Positions 20,554 to 30,321 of a DNA stretch of 58,711 nt are shown here, piece by piece. Origin of the DNA: an uncultured virus (IMG/VR IMGVR_UViG_3300037067_001693) (lineage: Duplodnaviria > Heunggongvirae > Uroviricota > Caudoviricetes). Position numbers and translations under genes: made by a program. The notes under the pieces are model-generated. The model saw only the letters and a list, made by a program, of their open reading frames with translations. It was not told the origin of the DNA and searched no databases. The DNA lies in IMG/VR virus record IMGVR_UViG_3300037067_001693. One strand, 5' to 3'. The first letter of the stretch is position 1. Every line of letters starts with the position of its first letter.

Positions 20554-22920
20554 TTATAAATTTTTAATTCGCCATGACGGAATCCAATCTTCCATCTCTC
20601 CCCATGTTTGACCTATCTTAAAATCAGTATCAATAATGAAGGTTTCGTCATTTATCTTCAAAGGAATTCGCATACACTCAATCATTCTTTGTGAACACTC
20701 TTCTTCCTGTCCCTTCTTACATGCAACGTACATAGCGTCATGAAGTTGCATAAGCAATCTATACTGACTTCCATACTTATTATAGAAATCAAGCATTGCT
20801 GTATTGAGAAGATCACCTACTGTTGATTGTGGTTTGAATGAATAAGCACTTCTAAACAGATCATCTCCCCACCGTCCAAGAAATCTATGCTTCCTTCCAA
20901 GGAGGTTGGTTAATGTTCTACTCTCTCTTAGCTCTGCTTGAATCCTCTGATACCAAACTCTAAGAAGAGGATCGGCTCTATGGTAGAGCTCCATTAACTG
21001 CTTGGCTTCCTTCATCTTAATACCAAGACGAACTGCTAGAACTGCTGGTCCAGCAGCATAATTCGAGGCATGTCTGATGGTTTTTCCAACTTTCCTTTGT
21101 TTATCAGTAATATTAGCAAAGGGAATACCAAACATCTCACTAGCTGTTATCCTGTGAATATCATAAGGTTTTCTTGCTTCTCCTACTAACCCATAGGATT
21201 CTTTAAACATTCTCTTAAGTCTATTATTTCCAGTAAGGTATGATACAGCAACAGCTTCAGCTTGAACATAGTCACCCTGAATCATTGTCTCATCATCTTC
21301 AATTCCGTACATTTTCCTTGCTATCGCAGGAATATTCTGAAGATTTCCACTTCCATAGGGTAGTATAATAGACTTTGAAGAACTCCATCTGCCGAAAGAC
21401 TTTCTTCCTTCTTCATCTGTTGAACTTCCTGTAATATTGTAACTGGTATGTACAGTATCTTCTGGAGACAGCTCAATACTCAAGAATGAAGATTTAAGTT
21501 TACTCCATTTCTTATACTCTAAGATCATATTGAAGATAGGATTATCAGGTTCGATAATAGAAATCTTCTTTAAAGCTACAGCATCAGCAGATACTACTCT
21601 TGGATCGTTAACTGATTTCCTTTTCTTGTACTGAATTGGAAGACCCAAGTCTATGTAAAGAAGTTGTTGTAACTGCTTTGGGCTGTTATAGTTGATCTCC
21701 TTACCAACCAGTGTGTTTAACTTTAATTTCGCTTCTGCTGCATTTGTTGTTGCCGTTGCCTTTAACTCTTGCTGTTTATTCTTATCAATCCTCATTCCTT
21801 GAAGTTGCATCATAACAGAAAGTTCAATCAAAGACATCTCAAAATCGAAAGTATTTCTTACTCCGAGTTTTTCCATCTCTTTCTGTAAGACAGGAACAAG
21901 AGCGTGAGTGTTGCACACATCGCCAGCATTGTATAAAGATCTGTTATCCTTAGCTTCACCTTTCCACGGAGCAACATCTAGGCAAAGCGAAGCAAGAAAT
22001 CCAAGATCCCTTGGACACTCCGGCCAGCAAGCATGAGCTGCAATCAGTGTATCAAAGAAATGATTCTTAATGAAGATATGATTGTTATACCACAGAACAC
22101 CCTTGTCATAAGCACCATTCTGCATAACGACTGGTTTTTTCTGGACTAAATAATTAAAGGCACTCCATAGTTTTTCTTCATCCCTCTCAGGCATTGTCGG
22201 AGTTCTACCATTGATTATTCTAACACTAACTCCAAAGTCAGAACTGTGTGCAACACCAAGAATATCTATGTGAGTGCCGGGTTGTAAGGTTTCGATATCA
22301 GCAGAGATGTAGTCTATATTGTTGTCATCAGCTACTTCATAACAGTAATCAATAAACTTAGCAGGACTGATGTCAGCAATCAGTATCCTATTGTCATCAG
22401 GAATTGTTGAAAACTCCGAGTGCCTTTTGGCTTTCCTAAGGTCCATTACCGTTGGAAAGAGAAGTTTCCATTCATGATTCAGCGCCATAGGATGATAAGT
22501 CGCAATGACTTTAAATCCTTCTGCAAGCGAGCACGGAAGAATATATCCTCTAAATTCAGAGATCTTCTTCTCTCCGGTCAAGGCCCAAAGTGCAGTGTTT
22601 CCAAGCGCAACTACTACGTTAGGTTTGTTAAACTCTATTTCTGTTTTAAGTTGTTGTATCCATTCCTTCAATTTAGGTTTGGGTATAGTACATTTCTTAT
22701 CTTCAAAGAAGAATGAAATCTTATTTGCGGGAGGCCGCTCTCTGGCTACATTGGTGACCAGGCATTCATACCGAGTAATACCTGCTTGACTCAGTACCAT
22801 GTCTAGCGTCTTTCCAGCTGCTCCTATAAAAGGAACACCCTGAAGTTCCTCTTCAGCTCCTGGGGCCTCCCCAACTAACATTATTTTTGCATTAGGCGGA
22901 CCTACAGTACGGCAAATCAT
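20554..22920 (-). CDS. polA: family A DNA polymerase with N-terminal family-4-like uracil-DNA glycosylase and 3'-5' exonuclease domains
   Basis: UDG motifs GEAPG..EE..G.PF.G.AG and TYHP; exonuclease ADIET/NGAYD/YNAGD; polymerase motifs GRWSS, NLQNIP, DYVQAE, RKVGKTIRHASNY, QLHD. Confidence 0.9.
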   Translation of the reverse strand: MICRTVGPPNAKIMLVGEAPGAEEELQGVPFIGAAGKTLDMVLSQAGITRYECLVTNVARERPPANKISFFFEDKKCTIPKPKLKEWIQQLKTEIEFNKPNVVVALGNTALWALTGEKKISEFRGYILPCSLAEGFKVIATYHPMALNHEWKLLFPTVMDLRKAKRHSEFSTIPDDNRILIADISPAKFIDYCYEVADDNNIDYISADIETLQPGTHIDILGVAHSSDFGVSVRIINGRTPTMPERDEEKLWSAFNYLVQKKPVVMQNGAYDKGVLWYNNHIFIKNHFFDTLIAAHACWPECPRDLGFLASLCLDVAPWKGEAKDNRSLYNAGDVCNTHALVPVLQKEMEKLGVRNTFDFEMSLIELSVMMQLQGMRIDKNKQQELKATATTNAAEAKLKLNTLVGKEINYNSPKQLQQLLYIDLGLPIQYKKRKSVNDPRVVSADAVALKKISIIEPDNPIFNMILEYKKWSKLKSSFLSIELSPEDTVHTSYNITGSSTDEEGRKSFGRWSSSKSIILPYGSGNLQNIPAIARKMYGIEDDETMIQGDYVQAEAVAVSYLTGNNRLKRMFKESYGLVGEARKPYDIHRITASEMFGIPFANITDKQRKVGKTIRHASNYAAGPAVLAVRLGIKMKEAKQLMELYHRADPLLRVWYQRIQAELRESRTLTNLLGRKHRFLGRWGDDLFRSAYSFKPQSTVGDLLNTAMLDFYNKYGSQYRLLMQLHDAMYVACKKGQEEECSQRMIECMRIPLKINDETFIIDTDFKIGQTWGEMEDWIPSWRIKNL

Positions 22921-23213
22921 TAGATTCTTTTGCCTCCGTGTCTGTACTCTCTGTTTCTGTTTATTTCCATCTTCATGGTAACAACCTTATCAAGGTCAAT
23001 ATGTAAATGCTCAGCCATATCAAACACCCTGATTAAAACATCTGCTATCTCTTCTTCAAAATTGCGTAGGTTGTTATTTCGGTATCCTTCTAAAGCCTCT
23101 GATACTTCTGAATGTATTAAGCAAAGAAGTTCCGGGATAGATCTATCTTCATCCCACCAACCTTTTGAGTTTGCAATAGCATGGCACTCAACTGCGTATT
23201 CTTTTAAGGACAT
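22920..23213 (-). CDS. MazG-like nucleotide pyrophosphohydrolase
   Basis: LIHSEVSEALE...EEEIADVLIR...KMEINRNR.YRHGGK. Confidence 0.8.
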   Translation of the reverse strand: MSLKEYAVECHAIANSKGWWDEDRSIPELLCLIHSEVSEALEGYRNNNLRNFEEEIADVLIRVFDMAEHLHIDLDKVVTMKMEINRNREYRHGGKRI

Positions 23214-23253
23214 CTTTGTCTCCTTCCAGTTCCGTCAAATAATCGGACGATTC

Positions 23254-23529
23254 TTATTTAACCAATATAATCTTAGATTCTGCTTCTTTCTCTTCCTTTC
23301 CCGGATTACTCACATCAAAAGGTTCCCCACAAGTAGCGCAAGCAATTCCTTCTTGTGTCAAAAGGTACTGCGGTTGACCTGCTGGACTAAGTAATCGGGG
23401 AATAAATCTAACTTTCATCTGAGGTAAGAAGCAGGTATTTCCACATGCTGTACACTCCATTACTTTTAAGTTACTAATGTTGATATTGAGATTCATTTGA
23501 TCAGCCATTTTTGTCTTTCCTCCATTCAA
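23254..23529 (-). CDS. zinc-ribbon protein
   Basis: CTACG...CATCG. Confidence 0.6.
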   Translation of the reverse strand: MNGGKTKMADQMNLNINISNLKVMECTACGNTCFLPQMKVRFIPRLLSPAGQPQYLLTQEGIACATCGEPFDVSNPGKEEKEAESKIILVK

Positions 23530-23686
23530 TTAAGCCATACACGGCAAGTCCAGTATAAATCGTAAATAAAATTCCTTGAGCAGGAATATCTTTATAGAAG
23601 TCAACCACTGCCCAATACGCATTTGTAAAGAACCAGATGTAAAAACAAGCTATTTTCTTCTTAATATTAAGAACAACACCAATCAA
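23501..23686 (-). CDS. small PnuC-like membrane protein (start uncertain)
   Basis: IGVVLNIKK..CFYIWFFTN..W...YGLIEW pattern. Confidence 0.55.
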   Translation of the reverse strand: MIGVVLNIKKKIACFYIWFFTNAYWAVVDFYKDIPAQGILFTIYTGLAVYGLIEWRKDKNG

Positions 23687-23716
23687 AGCTAGGATTGTTA
23701 ATACAACTGTAAAGCA

Positions 23717-23902
23717 CTAAACATTTCTAAGTTCCTTAATAATATTATAAATAGAATAAGGTAGAAAGGTCAATTTAATAAAATCCCATATACTCTTAGG
23801 TATGCGAACAGCACAAGCTGAGTTAAGTAATGCAGCCATAGTGGATTGAATTGCATACAAAAGTAAAAACGATAATATATTTTCTGTTGTTAACTCAAAC
23901 AT
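23717..23902 (-). CDS. small membrane protein
   Basis: 61 aa, hydrophobic; GAGG RBS. Confidence 0.45.
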   Translation of the reverse strand: MFELTTENILSFLLLYAIQSTMAALLNSACAVRIPKSIWDFIKLTFLPYSIYNIIKELRNV

Positions 23903-25229
23903 TCCTCTTCTCCAGCCATTTCTGCATCCTTGTCACTACAGAAGCGTAGGATTCAATAGCTTTCTCAGACCCCATTGCAAGCATCTTAAGATCACACGCT
24001 GCCTCAATCACTGCTCCCGAACCCATAAAGGGATCCAAAATATACTGACCAGGATGATTAGTTCTTGTTAAAAGTTCTTTAATAAGTAAAGTAGGTTTCT
24101 CTGCTTGGTGTGTCTTTTCGGATGGTAGAACTGGGTCACATTGAATCCAATCAATTCTTCCTTCTGTCACCAGTTTAGATTCTGGTTTTCTTGCAAACAG
24201 GATAAACTCATATGCTGATGATGGCCACATTGAAGGCTGGTTACATTGACCACTTTCTCTTTTTATCCAGATAATAGGACGTTCTCGCACTATCCATCTT
24301 GCTGCAGTCATAACATCTTTGAGCCACCAAAAGTGAGATGGGGCGCAGAATATGTATATGTGTCCTGTTGACTTTGTTACTCGATAAGACTGTACAGCCA
24401 GTTCTGCAAGAAGTGCCTTAGCATACTCTTCTCCGTCTTCGTACTTAACTCCGGATGTTATGTTGTCTCCGCCTGTTTCTCCAGCAATTCCCATAGCAAT
24501 ATCAAAGATGTCAATTCCATAAGGAGGGTCTGTTAGAACTGTATCAATGATACCATCTGGCAATCCAGCAAGATACGATTCCATAGGTCTGTTAACAATA
24601 ACAAATTCTTTTGCTTCTTTAATAGTAGATTCATATTTTATCAGCCCGTCGAGTTGCTGACTAACCTTTTCCATGTTCTTTAGAACACTCTTCATCTCAG
24701 ACTTCGTATCGCACTTACCAAGTTCGGGCATTACTTTAAGAGCGGCGGCAAGTATCAAATCTTCTGCTGTGGATGCTTTGCTTTTACCAAGAAGTTCAGC
24801 AGTGTCTTTAACTCCCCATCCCTGTTTCTGCCCCTCTTTAGTGACACCTGGAATCGCTTCTCCGTAAAGTTCCTGCTTAAAGCTATGTAGTTCAGCAGCA
24901 GCAAGGACCTCTTCAGCTACGGTTAATGCCTTCCTTTGTACATTTTCCTCTAACTCCATCTCCCGCATCAGCATATGATCAATTGCATCTACGTAGCATA
25001 CTTTAACAGGAATATCAGCAATCATACAAGCAGCAAGCCTACGTCCACCAGCAATTAATTCGTTGTTTTGGTTAATCACCACTGGTTGCAGCTGACCAAA
25101 CTTTTTGATTGATTCTGCAAGTTTTTCTATCTCACCGAGTTCTTTTCTAATGCGAGGAAGTTCATCCTTTACTGTAATAGCAGTTGGATCAAGTGTAAAT
25201 ATTTTAGATTCATCAATTCCAGTTAACAT
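23895..25229 (-). CDS. ParB/Srx-like N-terminal domain fused to an N6A/N4C DNA methyltransferase
   Basis: LAESIKKFGQLQPVVI...LIAGGRRL...EENVQRKAL; TDPPY; HQAEKP; LDPFMGSG. Confidence 0.85.
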   Translation of the reverse strand: MLTGIDESKIFTLDPTAITVKDELPRIRKELGEIEKLAESIKKFGQLQPVVINQNNELIAGGRRLAACMIADIPVKVCYVDAIDHMLMREMELEENVQRKALTVAEEVLAAAELHSFKQELYGEAIPGVTKEGQKQGWGVKDTAELLGKSKASTAEDLILAAALKVMPELGKCDTKSEMKSVLKNMEKVSQQLDGLIKYESTIKEAKEFVIVNRPMESYLAGLPDGIIDTVLTDPPYGIDIFDIAMGIAGETGGDNITSGVKYEDGEEYAKALLAELAVQSYRVTKSTGHIYIFCAPSHFWWLKDVMTAARWIVRERPIIWIKRESGQCNQPSMWPSSAYEFILFARKPESKLVTEGRIDWIQCDPVLPSEKTHQAEKPTLLIKELLTRTNHPGQYILDPFMGSGAVIEAACDLKMLAMGSEKAIESYASVVTRMQKWLEKRNV

Positions 25230-25248
25230 TATTTATTACTCCTGCTAG

Positions 25249-26073
25249 TTAAAGTTTTATTGTAAATGGAAGGTTTTTACACACAAATCCTGCTGCTCCT
25301 TTATGTCCACCACCTCCGAATGTCTTAGCAATTTGACCAACATCAACAGTTTCAGAATACATTGATACTGTAAATTGCTCACCGTCATGAATGTAGGCAA
25401 TACAAAGTGGATATTGATGGAATCTATGCCCAAAACCTCCTGACCCGAACATAAATTGATTGCAAGCGTAAGCACCATGACCGCTTATTTCAGTTTCGTA
25501 ACCAAAAGATTTACAAAGATCATTACAATAATTATCACGGTATGCCACAGCAGTGCAGCCTGAATCTATAATAGATGACACATAAAAATTATCTTGTAAT
25601 AACAACTCCCATAGTAAACTTTGCGGGCTAGTATCATTCTTAACTTTCATTCCTTCATAAAATTGGAAACATTCTGGTTTTAATTTTAATGCCCACTTAT
25701 CATAATCTCCTATTAACTGAACACTCAGTGGCATGGTTTCCATAGGAAAGTAGAACATCCATGCTAATTCGCAGCCTGAAAACTTCTTATCTTCAAAGTT
25801 TCGTAATCCCGTTAGATACTGATACGGATAATCTTTAGCTGTTGCATGGTGATCTATCCAAACAACAGAATTAGAAAGCTCAACAATATTTAACATAACT
25901 TCTGGTGGATAACTGAAATCAACAATTATGACATCTTCACCTGCAAGTTTTGTTAAAGGTGCTGTGTCCTTATAGTCGGTTTCGTGAAATATTATTTCTG
26001 TGCTACCAAAATACTTTTTTACGATCGCTGCTGCACATTTGCCATCCAGATCGTTATGATGTATACAAATCAT
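25249..26073 (-). CDS. DHH/DHHA1 family phosphoesterase
   Basis: HHNDLDG, IVDFS, WIDHH, GGGGHKGAAGF. Confidence 0.9.
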   Translation of the reverse strand: MICIHHNDLDGKCAAAIVKKYFGSTEIIFHETDYKDTAPLTKLAGEDVIIVDFSYPPEVMLNIVELSNSVVWIDHHATAKDYPYQYLTGLRNFEDKKFSGCELAWMFYFPMETMPLSVQLIGDYDKWALKLKPECFQFYEGMKVKNDTSPQSLLWELLLQDNFYVSSIIDSGCTAVAYRDNYCNDLCKSFGYETEISGHGAYACNQFMFGSGGFGHRFHQYPLCIAYIHDGEQFTVSMYSETVDVGQIAKTFGGGGHKGAAGFVCKNLPFTIKL

Positions 26074-26078
26074 AGTTA

Positions 26079-26390
26079 TTACTCCTCCGCCTCCAATGTA
26101 AGATTATCGTCATCAAACAACACTGCATCATCTTCAGGTGTTTCTTCTGCGACCTCCGATGGTTCATCCTTTAGAGCTCTTAAAGCTTTAATATCTTTCT
26201 GCTTAATACCAAGAAGTTTCATTAGCACTTTCTCTTCTTCTGTAAGTACTAACAATCCTTGTTTCTTAGCAGAGGGTTCTTCGGTGTGAGAAAGATCAGA
26301 TGCTCTTTTAAATCTATAACCAGCAACAAAGGCAAGTCTTTCCTCTTGCGACATCTCGTTATAGTTAGGGTAGAGTTCTTCGAGTTTCAT
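26079..26390 (-). CDS. hypothetical protein with acidic tail
   Basis: 103 aa, tight packing. Confidence 0.55.
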   Translation of the reverse strand: MKLEELYPNYNEMSQEERLAFVAGYRFKRASDLSHTEEPSAKKQGLLVLTEEEKVLMKLLGIKQKDIKALRALKDEPSEVAEETPEDDAVLFDDDNLTLEAEE

Positions 26391-26590
26391 CGTTGTACCT
26401 TTCCTGGTTGATAAGAATCGCTTGCTTCGTAAAAATCAAACTTTTGAAAATGTACACAAGCAACGCAAACTCTTGCGCCTTGCCCAAAGATGTGAGGCAT
26501 TGCTGTGTTGGTTAATGACTTATCTTTTTCTACTGTCATTTCCTCATAGAAAGCACAGAAAGGTTTGTGGCAAGGGCGCAAGGTTTGCAT
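26387..26590 (-). CDS. small Cys-rich protein
   Basis: CHKPFC...CVACVH. Confidence 0.5.
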   Translation of the reverse strand: MQTLRPCHKPFCAFYEEMTVEKDKSLTNTAMPHIFGQGARVCVACVHFQKFDFYEASDSYQPGKVQR

Positions 26591-26860
26591 TTAATTCTCC
26601 TCTTTTTCCAGATATATAACATGAGCAGCCAAAAATACAATAGCTCCATAAAGCTCAGAAATTGCTCTTGCAACTGGAAGATTCTGGCTTTCGTGTATTT
26701 TCTTTACTGCCTGCCCAAGTTGAAAGGATTTAAAATGTTCTTCGATCCACATGATAGGCTGATCGTCGAAAGGTTTATCATTAGCATGACGTTCCTTTCC
26801 CTTACCCTTTGAGGCCTGAAGAAAGGCCTTATCCAATACTTCTGTTAAGTTTTTATACAT
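26591..26860 (-). CDS. conserved-looking phage hypothetical protein
   Basis: QASKGKGKERHA...FDDQPI...GQAVKKIHES...ELYGAI. Confidence 0.6.
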   Translation of the reverse strand: MYKNLTEVLDKAFLQASKGKGKERHANDKPFDDQPIMWIEEHFKSFQLGQAVKKIHESQNLPVARAISELYGAIVFLAAHVIYLEKEEN

Positions 26861-26882
26861 TGTGACTTACTCCTTTAAATTG

Positions 26883-26979
26883 AAAGAGGGCTCACCGTGG
26901 ACTTTAAAGGCTCAGCGTTGCCTAGGCACTGAATTCGTCCTTTGGACATACTTACCTCGCACCGTCTATTGCCCTCTTT
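26883..26979 (-). ncRNA. putative structured RNA
   Basis: AAAGAGGGC/GCCCTCTTT closing stem with internal stems in an intergenic gap. Confidence 0.35.
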
Positions 26980-27101
26980 GATTTAATACAATGTCGTGCA
27001 GGATTACTGCGTTTGCCCGCAGTTAGCGTTTGACCGTCACTCCTGCCAGTTTCTACTACTGTAGTGATCTAACGGAACACACTAACAACATTACGCTAAT
27101 T

Positions 27102-27605
27102 TTAGTACATCGAAGATTTAGTAACCTTCTTTACATCATTGAAGATCTTTCCTTCCCACTCTCTGGTAGCAATAGTAAGATCAACTTCGAGACCAAGCCA
27201 AGTCTGCTCAGTCAACGCAGCAATGATGATCTCAGGCGTGGACATATCAACACCAATAGCAGCAGAGAACTGTTTCAGCATGTTGATCTTGCTCTGTCTC
27301 TTTGTTGCCTTTCCAGACGTGTTCATCTCACTCTCATCACCGGGGCGAGGCAGCCAGTTACGATAAAACACTGTAGACCCGTCTACACCAGTCTCGCCAT
27401 CAGACATCAGGCCACCGTTGTCATGAAGTACGAAAGTCCAGGAAATAGCCTGTTGTGCGGGATCAAACTTAACACTGGTTGACGCAGCGTGGTATGTGCC
27501 AGCGGGGATGAGAGGATCGGGCTTGTACTCATCATCTATGTTAAAATCTGTATCAATCTTTAATCCCTGATTTTCTTCGCTTAAATCTGCAAAAGGATCT
27601 GTCAT
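27102..27605 (-). CDS. putative single-stranded DNA-binding protein (DUF669-like)
   Basis: LIPAGTYHA...REWEGKIFNDVKKV; follows an AAA ATPase as in Sak4-SSB modules. Confidence 0.6.
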   Translation of the reverse strand: MTDPFADLSEENQGLKIDTDFNIDDEYKPDPLIPAGTYHAASTSVKFDPAQQAISWTFVLHDNGGLMSDGETGVDGSTVFYRNWLPRPGDESEMNTSGKATKRQSKINMLKQFSAAIGVDMSTPEIIIAALTEQTWLGLEVDLTIATREWEGKIFNDVKKVTKSSMY

Positions 27606-27697
27606 TTTAAATCTCCTTAGTATGTTGTGTTATGTTTAAGAATCGTCCAATTGTTGTACCAAACTGCCGCGTGTTCTTTGTCTTTAGTCTTTGGCCT

Positions 27698-28459
27698 TTA
27701 TTTCTTTATTATCGTCGCTTTAACCTCCTTTACTTTTTCTCCTTTAATGTAAGCCATTACTTCATTATAGTCATTATTCATGATATCTGGAAGTAACCGC
27801 TGCTTTCCGCTTATTCTTGATCTTGCTTTATTCCAACCTACAGGAACAGTCTGCACTACCCATCTAACATCTCCGTCCTTTTTAATTGTGGAGCAATAAT
27901 ATACTTCATCGAAATAGCCAGGAATTTTAGTTGAAAGTTGTCCAGTAAGCATTGGCTCAACTCCTACAATGTTTCCTGTGTCTTCATCCTTGATTACGTT
28001 AAGATGTGCGATAAAGACTATATTAGCATTCATATCAAGGATCTGCCGAAGTCTGCCTTCCATCAGATTCTTAACCATTCCATAGTGAACTTGCCACAGA
28101 GGTCCACCGGCGGGATTTCTCTTCGGGTCAAGCTGAAGACTTCGTTCCATAGCTAAATCTGTCATTGCAGAAAGGTCATCTACCACAACAGTTTTGTATT
28201 TGCCTTCTTTAACATCTGCTTTAACTCGCATTAAAGCCTTCTCGAACTCAACCCAACCTATTGGGGACATGGAGAACTGATCGTAATCAAATTTAAGTCC
28301 TCTGTAACCTACTATTCCACCTGAAAAGTCGAATATGTATCCTGGTGTAGGAAAAGTACTTGCAAATATCGACTTGCCAGTTCCTGGATCACCTACGCAC
28401 ATTACTTTTAAGAACTCAGTATCCACTGTTACATCCATAGCGCTTGGCAATTTAAACAC
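27698..28459 (-). CDS. AAA_24/Sak4-like ATPase
   Basis: GDPGTGKS Walker A, TVVVDDLS Walker B, FIAH, PGYFDEV. Confidence 0.8.
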   Translation of the reverse strand: MFKLPSAMDVTVDTEFLKVMCVGDPGTGKSIFASTFPTPGYIFDFSGGIVGYRGLKFDYDQFSMSPIGWVEFEKALMRVKADVKEGKYKTVVVDDLSAMTDLAMERSLQLDPKRNPAGGPLWQVHYGMVKNLMEGRLRQILDMNANIVFIAHLNVIKDEDTGNIVGVEPMLTGQLSTKIPGYFDEVYYCSTIKKDGDVRWVVQTVPVGWNKARSRISGKQRLLPDIMNNDYNEVMAYIKGEKVKEVKATIIKK

Positions 28460-28802
28460 CTTCTTTCTTTATTTTATTCCAAAGACATTTCTCAGGGTGA
28501 AAAAGATCTAACCTTCCATCGTAGTCTCTACAAGCAGATGGTCTCTTCTTGTAGATACCACATCCATTAACAGTTAGATGCTGACAAGGACTGTAAACAA
28601 CTATCCAGGGCATAAAACTTCTGAAATGTAACTCCATACCTCTAACATTCTGATAAAATTCAGCATAGCCTGGACCCTGTAGTAGAGGTAAATTAACATA
28701 TTCACAGCAGTATTTACACTCGATGCATAATCTGGATTTTTCATCCAGTGACTTTAAGTCGATGGAGATTTGTCCGTTAATTGGACGATTCTTTTTCGCC
28801 AT
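28452..28802 (-). CDS. YkgJ-family CxxCxxCC zinc/Fe-S protein
   Basis: CIECKYCC...CQHL...CGIYKKRPSACRDY. Confidence 0.85.
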   Translation of the reverse strand: MAKKNRPINGQISIDLKSLDEKSRLCIECKYCCEYVNLPLLQGPGYAEFYQNVRGMELHFRSFMPWIVVYSPCQHLTVNGCGIYKKRPSACRDYDGRLDLFHPEKCLWNKIKKEGV

Positions 28803-28805
28803 TGT

Positions 28806-30122
28806 TTACCTTTCAATAGTTTCATACTCTTTAATCCAGTCGATTATTGATTCTGAGAATCCGTCAACATGAATCCACTTGCCATACCCAACTCCATTTC
28901 TAGCAGATGCGACATTAATTATGTAAGCATTTCCAGAAGGATCAGGAACATGATCATGACTCTGCTCGTCAGTAAATACTATTAACCTATCTACATCTTT
29001 AATCTCAGAATAAACAGCATTTACTGCTTTACCAAGATAAGTAGATCCATGTGTTTGACTACCAACAATAATATCTCTTAAAGCAAATCCTCTTCTTGAA
29101 GGAACTTGCACAACAGATTGTGAGAATGTTAATATAGTAGCTCTTTCGCATAACTCTCTAAGAACCATTGCTACTCCGCAAGCAGCATCCATTCTGGTAA
29201 GATTTGACTTTGAAGATAGTTTATCCTCCATACTACCAGACACATCTACCAGAACAACAGTGTGTCCACTAAGTCTTTTTGTGTCTTTGATGCACTTAAG
29301 CATTGCAGTCTCAAGATAAGGTTCGAGGTCAAGAGCATATCGTGCGGCTGCGATAAAGCGATAAGGAAGGATTCGTTCTGTGTTAATATCTTTAATTGCC
29401 TCAATAATTAAACTTGTAGTAACACCAGCCATCTTCATATTACGAAGATTTCTAAGCAGCGCAAGTCCACCAAGTTTACCCTGCGAAAGAAGGCGTTCCC
29501 ATGTCTCTTTCTTGTCAGCACCAGAAGACAACTGAACTTCCCATGTGTCAGGAGATTCAAGAGTACCAGCAATTAATTCTTTCCAGACCGCTGCTTGTCC
29601 AATTGATTCTGGTTTTGCGTGGGAAAGAAACAATACATCTTTAAGTTTTATTTTATCGTCTCGATTATACTTAGCTAAACTATACGCAGTAAATTTGGTA
29701 AAGGCTTTTGCTAATCCTTTCTTTATCTGTGCAGACAAAGGACATCTACCATCTTTCCAATAGATAGCCAAAAACTCTGTTAATTCATCAGGTCTTTGTA
29801 TTACTCTATTAAGAACCATAGCAGTTTCTTTATATCCTTGTCTAGCCAATTCTCTGGCAAGAAGAAGAGGAACATGCCGAAGTTTGAATTTCTCTCTTGC
29901 TTCTACTGCCAGTTCAGCAACTTTGTTAGGATCGACTTCTTTAATCAAAGAAGCAATTCTTGAAGCAATGGTTTCTCCATCCTCATAAAACTCTCTTTCC
30001 CAAAGCATACAGGAACACACTGATCTTCGAAGCATTTGATAAGCATTTACGTGAAGTGATGCTTTTGCTCCTTCGTGAGTGTAAACAGGAATTGCTTTTG
30101 CTGCGGTGTTGATCTTCGCCAT
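28806..30122 (-). CDS. rsr: Ro60/Rsr TROVE-vWA RNA-binding protein
   Basis: THEGAKA, FYEDG, QRPDE, LAKY, TWEVQLS, ALLRNLRN, LPYRF (TROVE); VLVDVSGSM MIDAS, VFTDEQ, DGFSE (vWA). Confidence 0.92.
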   Translation of the reverse strand: MAKINTAAKAIPVYTHEGAKASLHVNAYQMLRRSVCSCMLWEREFYEDGETIASRIASLIKEVDPNKVAELAVEAREKFKLRHVPLLLARELARQGYKETAMVLNRVIQRPDELTEFLAIYWKDGRCPLSAQIKKGLAKAFTKFTAYSLAKYNRDDKIKLKDVLFLSHAKPESIGQAAVWKELIAGTLESPDTWEVQLSSGADKKETWERLLSQGKLGGLALLRNLRNMKMAGVTTSLIIEAIKDINTERILPYRFIAAARYALDLEPYLETAMLKCIKDTKRLSGHTVVLVDVSGSMEDKLSSKSNLTRMDAACGVAMVLRELCERATILTFSQSVVQVPSRRGFALRDIIVGSQTHGSTYLGKAVNAVYSEIKDVDRLIVFTDEQSHDHVPDPSGNAYIINVASARNGVGYGKWIHVDGFSESIIDWIKEYETIER

Positions 30123-30154
30123 GTCTAAATTTCCTTTCTAAAGTTTAAGAAGTT

Positions 30155-30231
30155 AAATGAGGGAACAATCAATTTCAGGAAGCCTTTCGGCCTTCTTAAC
30201 AGGAAGTACCTGAAATTTTCGCCACTCATTT
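30155..30231 (-). ncRNA. Y-RNA-like RNA 1
   Basis: AAAUGAG-UGGCGAA-AAUUUCAGG-UACUUC...CCUGAAAUU-GAUUGUUC-CCUCAUUU; ends pair; adjacent to the Ro60 gene. Confidence 0.75.
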
Positions 30232-30237
30232 CTTTAA

Positions 30238-30308
30238 AACGTAACTCCGGAGGTTTGCACTTTCTGCTCGGTCTGAGCGTACACAGTGCCTCTCTGCAGA
30301 GTTACGTT
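30238..30308 (-). ncRNA. structured hairpin RNA within the Y-RNA array
   Basis: Perfect 10-bp closing stem AACGUAACUC/GAGUUACGUU with nested stems; lacks the GGCGAA and UACUUC motifs. Confidence 0.5.
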
Positions 30309-30321
30309 ATTATGCTGAAGG

